Shown: piece by piece, positions 47,127 through 60,705 of the stretch
Layout of the letters: each line of letters begins with the position of its first letter
Numbering within the stretch: position 1 is the stretch's first letter
Assembly: GCA_030324005.1 (NCBI GenBank)
Contig: JARDVH010000124.1
Coordinates: forward strand, 50,895,029-50,959,028
From: Negaprion brevirostris
Lineage: Eukaryota
Direction of reading: 5' to 3'
Length of the DNA: 64,000 bases
The notes under the pieces: generated by a model
Databases searched by the model: none
What the model saw: the letters and a program-made list of their open reading frames with translations, nothing else
Told to the model about the DNA's origin: nothing
Translations under genes and position numbers: made by a program

Positions 47127-50100
47127 TATAAATCTAATATTTACACTGTGCTCTTCTCTACCATTTAAACCTATTGTTCCATATCACATGGAATATATTT
47201 TAAAGAGGAACTACTACTTGTACTCACAATGCTTTTTTTCTAAGCCACCCCATTTTCATGAACCAGTGATGCCACTGTCAGACTATCTTTCATACTTTCA
47301 CCAATGCCAAGTTTGAGTAGACTATAGGACAATTCCACTAGTTGCCAGGCATGACTTGCCCTCTGAATATCCCCAGTTGGGAAGTGCCTGGTCTCCAATT
47401 ATATTTTGACACTTTATTACAGAAGTGCAACTCAGAACGTCATTACAAAGTGAGTGAGAGAGACAAAGTACCATGATATGAACAAAATATTCTGAAAAAT
47501 ATATGCAAATGCAGACTATGGCAAAAGAACAGAATTAGTAATGATTATCTCTCTTGTGTGTAGGTCACTAAAAGGCTTGAGCATCAGGAATACTTCCTTA
47601 ATTACCTAGTGCAATAGGCAAAAGGATTTCAGTATGCTATTTTTGTTTTCAAGCCTGAGGCAAAACGTACTGTATGACGATACCAAAGCCGTATAAAAAT
47701 GAATTGATAGTATGTACTGAAGGGTGAATGTGGCCACACAGATCTGTACTGAGTCAGCTGTATAGTGGATTCTTCTCATTCCATCAGTCTAATGGATAGC
47801 AATTGAATTTAATTAGTAAAGCAGCTCAGAGTAACAGCACGCTGCGCAGAGTGAAATGAGAAGCTCGCTACAGAAGACTTGCAAAGAATGTCTTTTTAAC
47901 TGCCAGTCTGACCAGAGAGGAAAACCAAATCCTGTCCTCAATTTATACAGCAAAATATAGAAGGGAGTCCTTCTCTCCTCACTGTTTTTTTTAAAAAAGT
48001 GAAGAAATAGCAAGCAGACCCTCCTCTAATTTTGTTGCTAACAAAAGAGACTCAATTTTGCCTGGCTGGTCACAGCAAGCAGGCAAGTTCCAATGATTGA
48101 TTATTGTGGTATCTCTGTATCTTTGACTTTGAACCATGACCTCTTTGTGTACAAAGAGGGTTGGGACCTACCATTTGCCATCTGGAAAGAGGGACTGTGC
48201 ACAGGGAAAAAGATCTAGTATTAATCATCCAATTAAGAATGAACCAAAATAGCAAACTTAAGTGCTATGAAATTCAGTCAATTTAATAATTTTCTGCTTT
48301 AATTACATTCTTGTACAGCCTGCTCTCCAGAACTAGCAGAACTCATTTACACATTTCCTATTACTCCCCACCCTAAAAAGTAAGCTCAAGTTTGCCTTTG
48401 CTCGACTAATCTGCAAGCACTTTAATTAGCCTGAAGAAAAGTGATTGTTCACTTAGAACCAAAAGAAGAAAGGACCGAATTCTCACCTATTGTGGGCCGT
48501 GGAACATTTTGCTAGACAAATTCACCAATTAGTCTAGTCACATACAGCGGTATTCTCTTGATTTCTGGGGACCAGCTATGCTAAAACACCTCTTTGAACA
48601 TTCAGTGCAATTATGCTGAGAGCTTAAGTTTCTACCAGGAGGGGTGAGACTACAGGGAAAAAGTTATCTTCAGGGGCATTCGGACTCCCCACCGAGGACA
48701 TTTTTTTTGCGTAAAAAGAATGTTGTATTGATCTGATTACACTGCAAACCCACAATAGAACAGCATACTTGATGCAAAGAAAACAGTTGCATGATACCCT
48801 GCATCTGTTGTGATCTCACCAAGGGTAATTTGGGCAGCATCCCTGATTAGCCTACCTAGGTTTTATCTTTTCTTTCAAGCGCCAAGGTGTCCTCCTTTAC
48901 AATATAACAGAACTTGAACTTTTTAAATTATATTACAAATGATTTTTTTAACAAATCCTATAAAAATGTAGATGGTCGCTTCTCTGGAACATCACTCTGA
49001 CTAACTTCCTACAACATCTAGAAGGCCAATTTAACAGCTTCATCCAAGTGATTAAGTTTCAGGTAAAACTAGCACTCAAGCCTTCCTGTACATACTGTAA
49101 TGAAATCTTACAAATTACATCTACCAGGGAGTATGTGCAGAATATTATTATTTACACTGCATTTTGCTCACAGAATCACAGTTTGTTTTGACCACACTGC
49201 TTGTTCCAAAGTCACAGAGTCCTTTTTGTTTTCTTCACTTAATGCCACAATTTCTTTCAATTTTATCCACATTTTTTCTTTAACATTCCCAATTGTTCTC
49301 AAAAAGTAACTTCATACCCCATAACAGTCAATGACGGGAGCAACCCAACTTGGAAAAACAAATCAGGTTCAAACTAAATTAACTCTTTCANNNNNNNNNN
49401 TCTCCTATGGGCTGGCCTCCTGAAAGACATCCACTTGCTTGTTTGGATATATTTGTATTTTCAACAAGGGTCTGAACATTGGGGCTCCTTTAGAATACCA
49501 GTGAGGGAAGTTGGCATCCCGCCATCCTGATATGCAGACATTATGAGATTGGTGTTACATTTCTTTTCCTCTCAGTTGAGATCAGTTCTGATTGTGTAAC
49601 TCCTTCTGGCACTTGGCGCACTTAACCGCTGACTCTGTTTAAGCTTGCTTAGAGCCAAACTGAACCCAGTGCAGGTGGAATTGAATGACTTCAACGCAGC
49701 ATCAGGAGAATACACCACCACATTCTCAAGGGCAATTAGGGATGAGCATGAAATGCTGGTCGAACCAGTGATGCCCACATCATGAACAAACAAATAAATG
49801 CACAATATTATATTTTGTGCATAAAAACTTTGACGTTAACCAACTCATATGGGTTGTTACACTTATTGGGGAGTTTGCAATTGTGGATGAAGTGTGAGGA
49901 TAACAAATTTAAGAGTGAGTTTTAAATTGTAGTCCTATCACTCAATAATACTCAATACAAACTTTACAGGAAGTCTTGAACTTTCTCAAAACATTTGTCA
50001 TTTAGGTTTGCATGCATTCCAAATGATCTAGATTGCTATGAGTCATCTACTGCAATGATATTAAAGCATCACTCTGAAAGGGCCAAAGTGCAAAGCAATT

Positions 50101-50144
50101 GCTATTTGGATAGGGATAGTGAGAATTACAAAGCATCAAATGTT

Positions 50145-50468
50145 GGCATGGTCACACAGTGGTTAGCACTGATGCCTCACAGCACCAGGGTCCCAGGTTC
50201 AATTCCAGCCTTGGGTGACTGCGTGCAGTGTGCACATCCTCCCTGTGTCTGCATGGGTTTCCTCGGGGTGCTCCGGTTTCCTCCTGAAGTCCAAAGATGT
50301 GCGGGTTAGGTGGATTAGCCATGCTAAAATTGACCCTAGTGTCAGGAGGATCAGCAGGGTAAATGTGTGGGGTTGCAGTAAAAAGGCCTGGGTGGGATAG
50401 TGGTCGATACAGATTTGATAGACCAAATGGTATCCTTCTGTACAGTAGGAATTTTATGATTCTATGAT
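50145..50468 (+). mobile_element. HE1-type V-SINE, near full length
   Basis: cacagtggttagcactgatgcctcacagcaccagggtcccaggttcaattcc...tatgattctatga tail. Confidence 0.92.
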
Positions 50469-51089
50469 GATAATAGGTTACACCATTAAAGTCAAAAGTG
50501 GTTCCTGTCTGTCATCTGAACTCTAAGATTAGACTGTTTTACCTGGAGTTATGTACAGTAAACACACATTTACAAATGTTTAATCTTTAGAAAGATACTA
50601 AACAAAAATGTTGCTATGAAGGACCTAAAGGAAAACTGATTTTATGATATGTAGCCAAAAGGACAGTGATGTATGATTTGAAGTACTTTTTGTTTTACCC
50701 ACATTAATGTATTAAGTATATTTTAAAATCATACTTTTATAACACCACATGCTGGCAATCTCTAAAAAATGTCCCAGCTTTCTTCTGTTCTCTGTACCAC
50801 ACTGTGTCAGGATATTACAATGCTACAGTAGCACAGCCCACACTCTCCTACCTGAAAACACAGTGGTAAAAATGCAGCAAATTATCACAACGGTAACTAG
50901 TATTCAGTGGTATTTTCAGCCTTCGATACTGAACACTTTAAAAGATAATTAATTATAGGTCCAAATAGGTAAAAGCATATGGCAAAGTGGACTGTTGACA
51001 GTTTCCCACTTGAACCAATGTAGACAAATGAAAGAGGAAATGTCCTTTTAAAATGTAGCTGTGCAACTATAAGGACCTAGAACTTTGGC

Positions 51090-51670
51090 ATTATGCACTT
51101 TAAATAAAAAAGGTGCACATTTGAATCAGCTCCACTTCTCTCGCTCTCTCACATATACACATACTTAACTAACAGCCAGGTGTAAATTATCATTATGACC
51201 CTCATTAGGAAACTATTATCACAGTCTTTTGTATAGTTTTTTTTGGGTAAAGAAATATTAACTAATGAATCACCAGCTTTTATTTTTTTTAGAAGGATAT
51301 CAACAGGATTGTTGTCATCTGTAATGTTCTTCTTAATTTGGTCCAATGAGTATTGAAACTCCCTCAAGGGAACAAATTTCTTACGTTCGATCGACAAATC
51401 TCATTCTCTTTTTTTATTTAGCAGCCATAAGGCAGTTTATTTTACCACTTTTTCTACCATCTGTACCAAGTTTCCCCACAGACCGTTGCAGCTGTCCAGT
51501 GTAATGTGTTCAGTTCCTTTTATTTTCTGTCCAAATAGCTCGTAAACAATTCAGCAATATTTATAACTGTTGTGTCCCTTTTGTTCTGACAACGCAAGGA
51601 AAGACTGGCCCTGTTCTTTTCAATAAAATATCACCTATCATGCGGAATATTGTCATAATATGTTGATACA
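51090..51670 (-). mobile_element. Very old CR1 RT remnant
   Basis: KNITDDNNPVDIL...KAGDS resembles the CR1 motif VTxxVDxGxxVDVVYLDFxKAFD. Confidence 0.4.
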
Positions 51671-52182
51671 GAGTGATAGAAATTTGGATTTAAAATACCT
51701 TAAAAACTATGCAAATATATCATTAATTATTAAAACTCAAAAACAAAATGGAAATGCACAAGAATGAAACTCTACAACAGAAGGCCACCATATGTCCTGT
51801 TTGTTTCAAAACATAAAAACATGAGATATGACGGCATGTCAACAGTTTTGCCCATCATTGCTAGCTGGAAGTTTTACTTTATACCTAGTCAGTGTTTCCA
51901 ATTTGAAGTTATATGTAGCACCTATCCATTTACTGCTCTTCTAGTATCTGTGAAAATATTTTTCAAATAATCATACAATGTATAAACTGTGCAGGGGAGA
52001 GGATGCATCTTCTCAGAATGGAAGCCTTTGTAAACACTGCAGGGTTACTTTGCCTCCCCAGCTGATGATCAAATGTAGGAAAAGTTGCACAAATACTATG
52101 TAAAGTACAACTACCTTATTTTCCTTACCATGCAGCTCATTTATCTCATGTCAACAATGGTTGCACTCACACGTCCAATTAT

Positions 52183-52800
52183 GGGTCGGATTTTGCAGTT
52201 CTAATGACAGCAGGATCGTCATTATCACTACCCTGTGAAATTGACCACAATTTTTGGCATCCACACATACACACACAGAATTAAATGCAAATAACCCAGA
52301 AGTTGCTATCAATAATTCCCCTCACCTCCATAGAAGTCTTCACAAATTTAAGTCTTAAAAATCACTTGAATAGACATGAATTTGCGCTTTTTACATTAGT
52401 CTCATGGTTAAAAACCCTAACTCTTGAAAAATCTATGTCTTGTTGATTGTGGTACAACTGGGATTTTAACTGTATACTAAAGCAACTTCTTTGATGAGTA
52501 GATTTTTTTTAAAAATTCTATGTCAAACATTCCATGGATTTTTAATTTGTTTAAAGTTTATAATACTTCAGTTTTTACCTTAATCCCATATATATGTGCC
52601 CTAGTCATCATTTTGCTGTTTGCAAAATGAAAAAAGTGAAGGATAAATGAGTGCTTTTAAGATATTAACATGCATTGAATGAACAAAAAGTGGAGGATAT
52701 TTTGAAAGCCTGAAGAGATTGAGCAGTATTCAAAAAGCAACAACAGGGATTTGGAGCATAATGAGATCAGACTTAAGTTCCGCAAACCCCAAATCCTGTC
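52183..52800. mobile_element. Possible non-autonomous DNA transposon
   Basis: GGGTCGGATTTT ... AAATCCTGTC termini similar to the 24.5 kb element. Confidence 0.35.
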
Positions 52801-54589
52801 AGACTATTAAATTATCGATTAAAAGGACGTAACCAAAGGAAAATCCATGCAAAACCTCTGGAAAAATTGAATATAAACTTCATCAATTCCTTTTCCCCCA
52901 TGCCATCTCACTTTTTTTGTTGACCCCGCCCCCACCCCACTTACATCCCTCTTGTGCAAATGCAGCAGATTAAGTCTTCAGGTATCTTTACATAAACAAT
53001 ACCAGTGTTCTCTTTGGTCAGATGTGGAACGTAGCCCTTACTTGCTATTACATTCAATCTGAAGAAAATGGAATGACAGTATTTACTGTGTGCAATGGTG
53101 ATCTAAGTTAAGGCTACTTTCAGTGCCAGCTACGCCAATTTGCAACTTCTAACAATGGCTTAACATGATGTGATCATGTCACATGGCCAGATTAAAAACA
53201 TCAATGACTGCAGAATAACTACAGTACAGTTTAAGTTTTTGTTTTATCATATGAGGTGATGTCAATAAAAATTAGCACTTCACTTGCACTGCAAAAGATG
53301 CAATAATTTCTCTTTGTTCCACATTATATGCAGCATTATGCTGAAAAGCCTAGACACAGCAGGGTGCAGATTTACAAGATGTAAATATCTTCTATGTAAA
53401 TATGTTCATTATGTCATGAGCCAAATAGAAAGATCACTGCATATGACTGAACTAGACAGAAACTATGAGAGTCACCTCAAAGTGCTAAAATTTTCCCATC
53501 CATATATACACTGAGAATGAAAGACTGGCAGGAGAAACGATTGGGTGCGGGGGTGGTGTTGGAAGAGTTGACGCAGGAAATACATCTTGCGTCAAAAACT
53601 GGGAAAGATACATATGGATAACAAAATATACAATACACTGTTAGTAGCCAGAGCAACTCAAAATTAAAATTGGAAAAATTTTAAAAATTACAAGTCCCTG
53701 TTGTACATAAAAATTCTATTTATTATTGAATAGTATGTGCCATATTAAAATAATATTGTATTAATGTAAGCTTTGCACATAATTTATCAAAACTTATTAA
53801 CTATTATCCATTTACAATATACTTGCTACTTCATTTTGGGTGAAACAGGAATTGAAGAGATCTCCCACAGGCTGGTGCTTTGAGAGTGGGGCCATTCAAA
53901 CACAAGTTATGGAAAAAATGTCCCAGAATAGCAAAATCTTTAGATCATTTAACAGAACACCAACTGGCAGAAAAACAACGGACAGTTGCTGACTTTGTCA
54001 GTGAATGGCTGATGTGCTCTACCAAATCTACTCAGCCTGATTGTATAATGCTACATTTACAATAGTACTAATAGACTACATACCAACATGGATATTCCTA
54101 ATGGGCAGATTCAGCAGATGCATACCTTGCTTTAGCAGGTTTCATTGATGATGGTGACATGGAAGGTCAACATCTGTTTGCTTAGCTGACATTTACCTTA
54201 GAGTATTTAGGCATACCTTCTGGTTTGTGTGTTGGTGCTTAGAGAANNNNNNNNNNGGATCCAGCAACAAGTGCAGCCTTTCCAAAGCTCAGTAAGCAGA
54301 GTATGGACTCTCCTCCTTGAGTGGCATATCTTCTGTGGTTGCCGCTGGTTTCTCCTCACCAAAGGACTTAATTTCACACTATCCACTTCATATCATCACA
54401 GCCTTAGAGCGTAATTCGGAAAAACTAGAAGATTTCAGTAGAGGCACGAAGGAGGAAGGTCCAGAAATGACATGTGACTAAAAATGCAATGAAATGCGGG
54501 ATTGCTGTTGAGGTGCAGAACAAGCTATACAATTAAAGTGCAGTTGAGGAATATGGACATATAACCTTATTCACAAGTAAATATATTTA

Positions 54590-55130
54590 CAGCAACAACT
54601 TACATGTGTATAACATCTTTCAATGTCATAAGCTATCAAAGACATTTCAGAGAAGTATTATCAAACAACATTTGTCATTGTGTTTCAAAAGGAGGTATTT
54701 GGCCAGATAGGTTTGAAGGAGTATCTTAAAGTTGGAAAAAGTTGGAGGAGGAGCAGCTGAGGGCAGGTGCTCCAAATATTATGACACAGGCAACTGAAGG
54801 CACAGTCAGCAGTTGCGGGGCAATTAAAATCAGGGATGCAAAAATGGCAGAGTTAGAGGAACGCCGATATTTCAGAGTGCTGTACGTTCAAAGAAAGTTA
54901 CAGAAATAGCTGAAGCTATGAAGGGATTTGAAAATACACATGGGAATTTTAACATTAAGATACCATTTAACCGGTACCCAACGTAGATCAGTAAGCTGAG
55001 GAGTGATGGGATCAACAAAACTTGGAGCACATTAGGATACAAGCAGCAAGGATCTGAACTATCTTTGGTTTATGGAGGGTAGAAGATGGGAAGCTGGCAA
55101 GGAGAGCACAGGAAAAGTAAAATTGTTAGG
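54590..55130 (-). mobile_element. L2-type LINE 3' fragment
   Basis: Reverse-complement similarity by eye to 32515-32925 (gctatgaagggatttgaaa..., caactgaaggcacagtc). Confidence 0.6.
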
Positions 55131-56069
55131 TAGCAAGATTGGGGAGGGGTACTTTGCACCCATGATCGCAGTGAGTGTAAACAGCAATGCTGGCACAAAA
55201 TCTCATGAGAGTCAGGAAACAAGATTCTCGCTGGTGACTTTACAAGGTTCCCATCCCTCATTTAAATACATTGTAATGAATTTGCATATCATTAAATAGC
55301 CTGCCCATCATATAATTCCCTGCACGGAATAATCAAACCTCGCCGACATAACTTTCTCGGCAAGGATCACAACAGTTTTACGACAACAGGAAATAGTCGC
55401 AAGGATTCAGCCAGGAACATCAAAGCAACTATAATCCCTGGGGGTACAGGATTATGCCTGAGCAGTGCCAAGGACACAGGTCCACATAGTGACATGTGAG
55501 GTTGCCACAGGCAGTGTCAACCTGTACCAGGGACAATGGAAAGGGCGGGCCCCTAGGGAGTAAAGATTTGTTGATGGGGTTGTGCAGATGTTTCCGTTGT
55601 GTGTGTGTGATGGTGGGGAAGGGCACCAATGGCTTTGGATCCTTACTTACAGTGGAGTACAACCAAAATCAGACATTAACTGGAACAAGATATTTTCACA
55701 TTGGATTGTTATTAACCTTTTGTTGGCAAATGACCAAGGCAACAAGTATCAGAAATAGTGTCTGTCTTACCATTTCTAATCTAAATGGGGGAAAAAAAAT
55801 CACATTTTTTTCAGTTTATGTTACCAAACAAAACATGATTTATGTATACATATTGAATAATACAAAAAGTAATATTTTAACTTGTAACGTGTCAACAGAT
55901 TGAAGGAAACTCCCATCTCTATAAACTAACTAGTTTGTTTATGTCCAGCTCACACACTGCAACATTTTCAATAAACATTATGAGAGATAAATTAATCAAA
56001 CATCACAAACGTTTACCACAATATTAACCCTAAAGTACTAAAACAAACCAGAACACAATTTCACCCTCA

Positions 56070-56460
56070 GTGACTACCACTGTTTGCTGTGCAGTTACAG
56101 GGACCCAGGTCAGATCTCCGACTTGGGTCGGTGTCTGTGGGAGTTTGCACATTCTCCCCGTGCTTGCATGGGTTTTCTCCGGGTGCTCCGGTTTCCTCCC
56201 ACGCCCCAAAAATGTGCTTTTAGGCTAATTGGTGTTAATAAATTGTCCCTAAATTGGATCTCCCCTAATCTGGCACACATATAATTCCCTAAATTTGCAC
56301 CCCTTTATTGTGGAGTCCATGGGATGTAGACAAAAGTTGTAGGTAGGAGGAGGATTGGAATGAAGCACTCACTGAGTGTTAAAATGGGCGGCACGGGTTT
56401 GTAATGTTATGGGGAAATTACAAGGGCCCGTTTCCTGTGCTGTGTTGTTCTTTGTTCTTT
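56070..56460 (+). mobile_element. V-SINE variant
   Basis: gggacccaggtcagatc...ggagtttgcacattctccccgtg...gggtgctccggtttcctccc; tail aagggcccgtttcctgtgctgtgttgttct. Confidence 0.8.
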
Positions 56461-56488
56461 AACTATGTTTCACTTCAGATCAATCCTT

Positions 56489-56750
56489 GCGGCATGATAG
56501 CACAGCGGTTAGCACTGCTGATTCACAGCGCCAGAGACCCAGGTTCGATTCCTGGCTTGGATCACTGACTGTGTGGAGTTTGCACATTCTCCCCCTGTCT
56601 GTGTAGGTTTCCTCCAGATGCTCTGGTTTCCTCCCACAGTCTGAAAGGTGCGATTAGGTGCACTGACCCGAACAGGCAACGGGACTGTGGCAACTAGGGG
56701 AATTTCACTGTACTTTCAGTGCCTTACTTGTGACTAATAAATAAACCTTA
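56489..56750 (+). mobile_element. V-SINE with the alternative tail
   Basis: gcacagcggttagcactgctg...ggttcgattcc...actaggggaatttcactg...aataaataaac. Confidence 0.88.
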
Positions 56751-58257
56751 CTTTTTTCTTCCAATTCATTATCCAATGTTTCTAAAATTGACATTAACTT
56801 TGCTCTTCATTGCCTAATCCAACTTTGTTTAAATGGTTCAATTCTTTATTCTTTAACTGCTTCCGTCCTATGATGCATTTTGAATCTGGTAACAACTGAT
56901 TTTAAAAATGGTCCCAAATTGGCTGAAATACAGCCAAAAATTTTACAAGTTATACACCATAAATGCATTCAACCAATTTTTTACAAAAACATGTATAACA
57001 TCAGAAGGATTTATTTTATGCTGAACAATGCTTTGGACACTAATGGTGAGGATTGGAATACTTCTAATTTTGTTCATCCATTTCACCATCAAACACAGTT
57101 GACTTTAATAAAGCACCTTAACAAGAATCTCAGAAGAGTATCCCCCTGACAGTGTGTATCAATTCTGCCAGTTTTTGGGGAGAATTAAATGTAGCACTCT
57201 TGTTTCAACTGACAAAACCCTGGACTTTTAAGTCTAGCAAGCAGAACAAGAATTTGAATTAAGATTCTAGGCATGGAACAACAGTGTGCTGATCTAATGT
57301 ATTTTTTAGTCCAAGTCAATAACTGCATTATTTTCAATGTTGCAGAATGGACAGATGTGCTAGATGGAGATTTAAGCCTATTTATATTTGAATATAAGCT
57401 ATAGAGGTGTACAGCACTTTGGTAAAAAAGCATATGCAAAGACACAAACAAATACTCAATATACATTGAGGAAATTGAATGCATTCCTTTGTTTCAGAAA
57501 GACAAATACACACTGTCCACATCTGGGCGGTGTAATTCAGTCACCCCTACCACTACAGAGAAATCCTTGCAGTAGAACTGATCTAATGTTATTTGTGAAA
57601 CCAACTCCCAATGGCAGAAGCGCTGCTCATCAGAATCGCATAATTCCACCAAGCTTTCTCTACTATAGAACTGGCATGCTCACAGCAACTACACATGATG
57701 ATCCAGTGACAGTGGAGGAGATAAAGGAGAAATAGCAGTTAAAAGACAGTTTGCCTAGTCCTACAGAAGAGCTCATTTGCCCTTCAGTTTTCAGTTCTGA
57801 CAAGGAGCCCAGATGTGAAATGTTGACCCATTTGCAGCATTTTCCATATTCAGTTCCTTGCTGTTTTGGATCTTGCTATACAAACATAGCTGCAACAACT
57901 GCTGCTGTACTAACCACAATCTCGAAAGTGATTCACAGAATATATTAAGTGCTTAAAGATGTGAGAGACAAATTACATAAATACAAATCACAGTCTAGCT
58001 CAGTATTAATGGGAGTCAAATTGTGGATTAAAAGGCCCCAAATACTAATTCTAGGCTGACACTTTATAGAATCTTACATTTCAGAAAGAGGCCATTTAGC
58101 TCATCATGCCTGTACCAGCTCTTTGAAAGAGCTGTCCAATTTATTCCTTGACTTTGTAAATTAGTCCTCTTCAAGTGTGTGTCCAACTTCATTTTGAAAA
58201 TTACTACAAAATCTGCTTCCACTACTCTTTTAGCAGTGCACTCCAAAGAAAAACATG

Positions 58258-58550
58258 AGCAATCTCCTAGTGCTTTATATGAACACCAGACAGCTCAAGA
58301 GTGCTTTACAGCCAACAAAATGCTTTGAAATGCAGTCACTTTTGCAATGTAGGAAATATGACAGCTAATTTGCATTGAGCAAACTGCAAATTGCCATGTG
58401 ATAATAATCAGATTTTATTTATGTTAATTGAGGGGTAATATTTACCAGGACATGAGGGATAACTCCCTTACACTTTATCCAAAATAATTTCATGGAATTA
58501 CTTACGTTCACCCAAGCAAACAGATGAGTTTAATGTCTCATCTGAAAGTC
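58258..58550 (-). mobile_element. Deu-domain SINE, inserted in a CR1 tail (58065-58245 to the left)
   Basis: gtgctttacagccaac...gtgataataatcaga...gagtttaatgtctcatctgaaag. Confidence 0.72.
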
Positions 58551-59847
58551 AATCTTAACCCTCCATGGAAATATATCTCCTAATGTCTTCCCCAGTTATT
58601 TTGCCAATTAAATCTTATATCTCCGATAACTGACCCATTTGTCACAGGAATCAGCTTCTCTCTACTTGTTCTAACAAACCCCTAATAAATGTTAAATCTC
58701 TCTACTGGGCCTCCTCTTAACCTACTTTGCTATAAGAGCAATTCCAACTTCTTCAAACTGCCCAAGAATAAAACTCCTTCACCCCAGTATGATCCAGCTA
58801 AACAACTTTTCACCATCGCCAAGGTCTTCAGACGTGAGATAAAGAGTAGGCCACTCATTGTGGCTGATCTGTAGTATCTGCCTACTTTGGTTATATTTCT
58901 TTTAATATCCTTGTCGGACAAAAATCTATTAATCTTAGACGTTATTGAACAAGCATCTATAGCTTTTTAAGAGAGAAAGTTCCACGTTTCTACGACATTT
59001 TATAAGAAGTGCGTCCAGCCTTCTCTCCTGAGAGGCCTGGCTCTGATTTGAAGATTATATCCTTGTCCTCGCGCCTCCACCAGTGGAAAAGATTTATCTT
59101 TATTCACCATGTCAATTCCTTTCAAAATCCTAAAAACACAATTAAATCACCCACTGACCTTCTTGATTCCAGAGAATGCAAGTTTAGTTTTGTAATCACT
59201 CCTCATCATCCAACCCTTCGAGTAACGTTTTGGTGAATCTATGCTGCAAATACTGCCAACGTCCATTTGAGATGCATGCATTCAGTACTCCAGATGTCGT
59301 CTTGTGTGTGTATTGTATAGCTGCAGCAGAACTTCCATCCCTTTATTTTCTAACACTTTATAAAGGTTAGCATTCTACTACCCTTTCTGATGATTTTTGT
59401 AGATTACAAGTCCACTTTAGTAATACTTGTACAAGAACTCTAAATATCTTCAGGTCTCCACTGTTCCGAGTTTTATCATTTAAATGATATTCAGATCTAT
59501 TCTCTTTGCCCAAATTGGATTACTTCACATTTTCCTTCATTAAAATCCACCTGCCATTGTTTTACCAGCTCATTTAATCCATTAAAATCAGTCCCCTGTC
59601 CTCAAAAAATTCAATTAAACACATTCGACATGACCCATTATTTACAAACCATGTAACGTCTCTTTGATCAGCTCAATTTTTTCCAAGTGTTCAGTCACCT
59701 TGTCCTTCATTACAGACTGCAATTAACTTCCCCAGAACAGATGTTAGACTAACAGGTTTATAATTTCCTGGTTTCTCACTGTTAATGACCAGATCAGAAA
59801 CTCTAAGATGTATTATAAAGTTAGCCTAGATGCTAACTTTTACATTT

Positions 59848-60000
59848 CATCGAATCATAGAATCCTACAGCACAAAAGGAGGCCATTTGGCCCATCAAGT
59901 CCACACTGACCACAATCCCACCCCGGCCCCACCCTCGTTAGCACCCATGAAACTAAACAAGCAATTTAGTATGGCCAATTCATCTAACCCGCACATCTCT
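59848..60000 (-). mobile_element. HE1-type SINE 3' fragment inside the LTR
   Basis: gaatcatagaatcctacagcac...gcaatttagtatggccaattcatctaacccgcacatct. Confidence 0.85.
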
Positions 60001-60244
60001 GATTTAGGCATTAAGGTAAACATAAGGTGTTTCACTCCAGGTATGATTCAAGTGACCTACGAGGAAGTTTTTATCAAAAAAAATTTATTTTAAGAACACA
60101 ATTAAAATATAACAAAAAGAATTAGCATAACTTTTACAAATGAAAATACTCAAACATGACAAAGTACAATTCTTAACAGCTAGTTATCTCTATTGTTCCA
60201 ATTTAAAGTACTACTCCACAGACATACACTGCTTTTCATAACTT

Positions 60245-60705
60245 CATAAGATAGAGGAGCAGAATGAGGCCATTCTGCCTATCGAGTCCGCTCTACCATT
60301 CGATCATGGCTGATATGCTCCTCATCCCCATTTTCCTGTCTTCTCCCTATAACCCTTCAACCCATTACCAATTAAAAATCTGTCTAAGGGCTACTTAAAT
60401 TTACTTACTNNNNNNNNNNGACCATGGCTGATATGCTCCTCATCCCCATTTTCCTGCCTTCCCCCCCATAATCTTTTAACCCGTTACCCAATTAAAAATC
60501 TGTCTAACTCCTCCTTAAATTTATTCACTGCCCCAGCATCCACCGCACTTTGGGATAGCAAATTCCACAGATTCACAACCCTTTGGGAGAAGTAGTTTCT
60601 TCTCAACTCTGTTTTAAATTTGCTACCTCTTATCCTAAGAGGATGACCTTTCATCCGAGAATGCCCCACAAGAGGAAGCATCCACTCCACATCTACTTTA
60701 TCCAT
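60245..60705 (-). mobile_element. Young CR1 3' fragment inside the LTR, spanning a 10-N gap
   Basis: DKVDVEWMLPLVGHSRMKGHPLRIRGSKFKTELRRNYFSQRVVNLWN. Confidence 0.9.

Noticed and set aside
60302-60530. Apparent tandem duplication of about 110 bp
   Set aside because: The two copies flank a 10-N gap inside a high-copy CR1 tail; most likely an overlap or collapse artefact of assembly.
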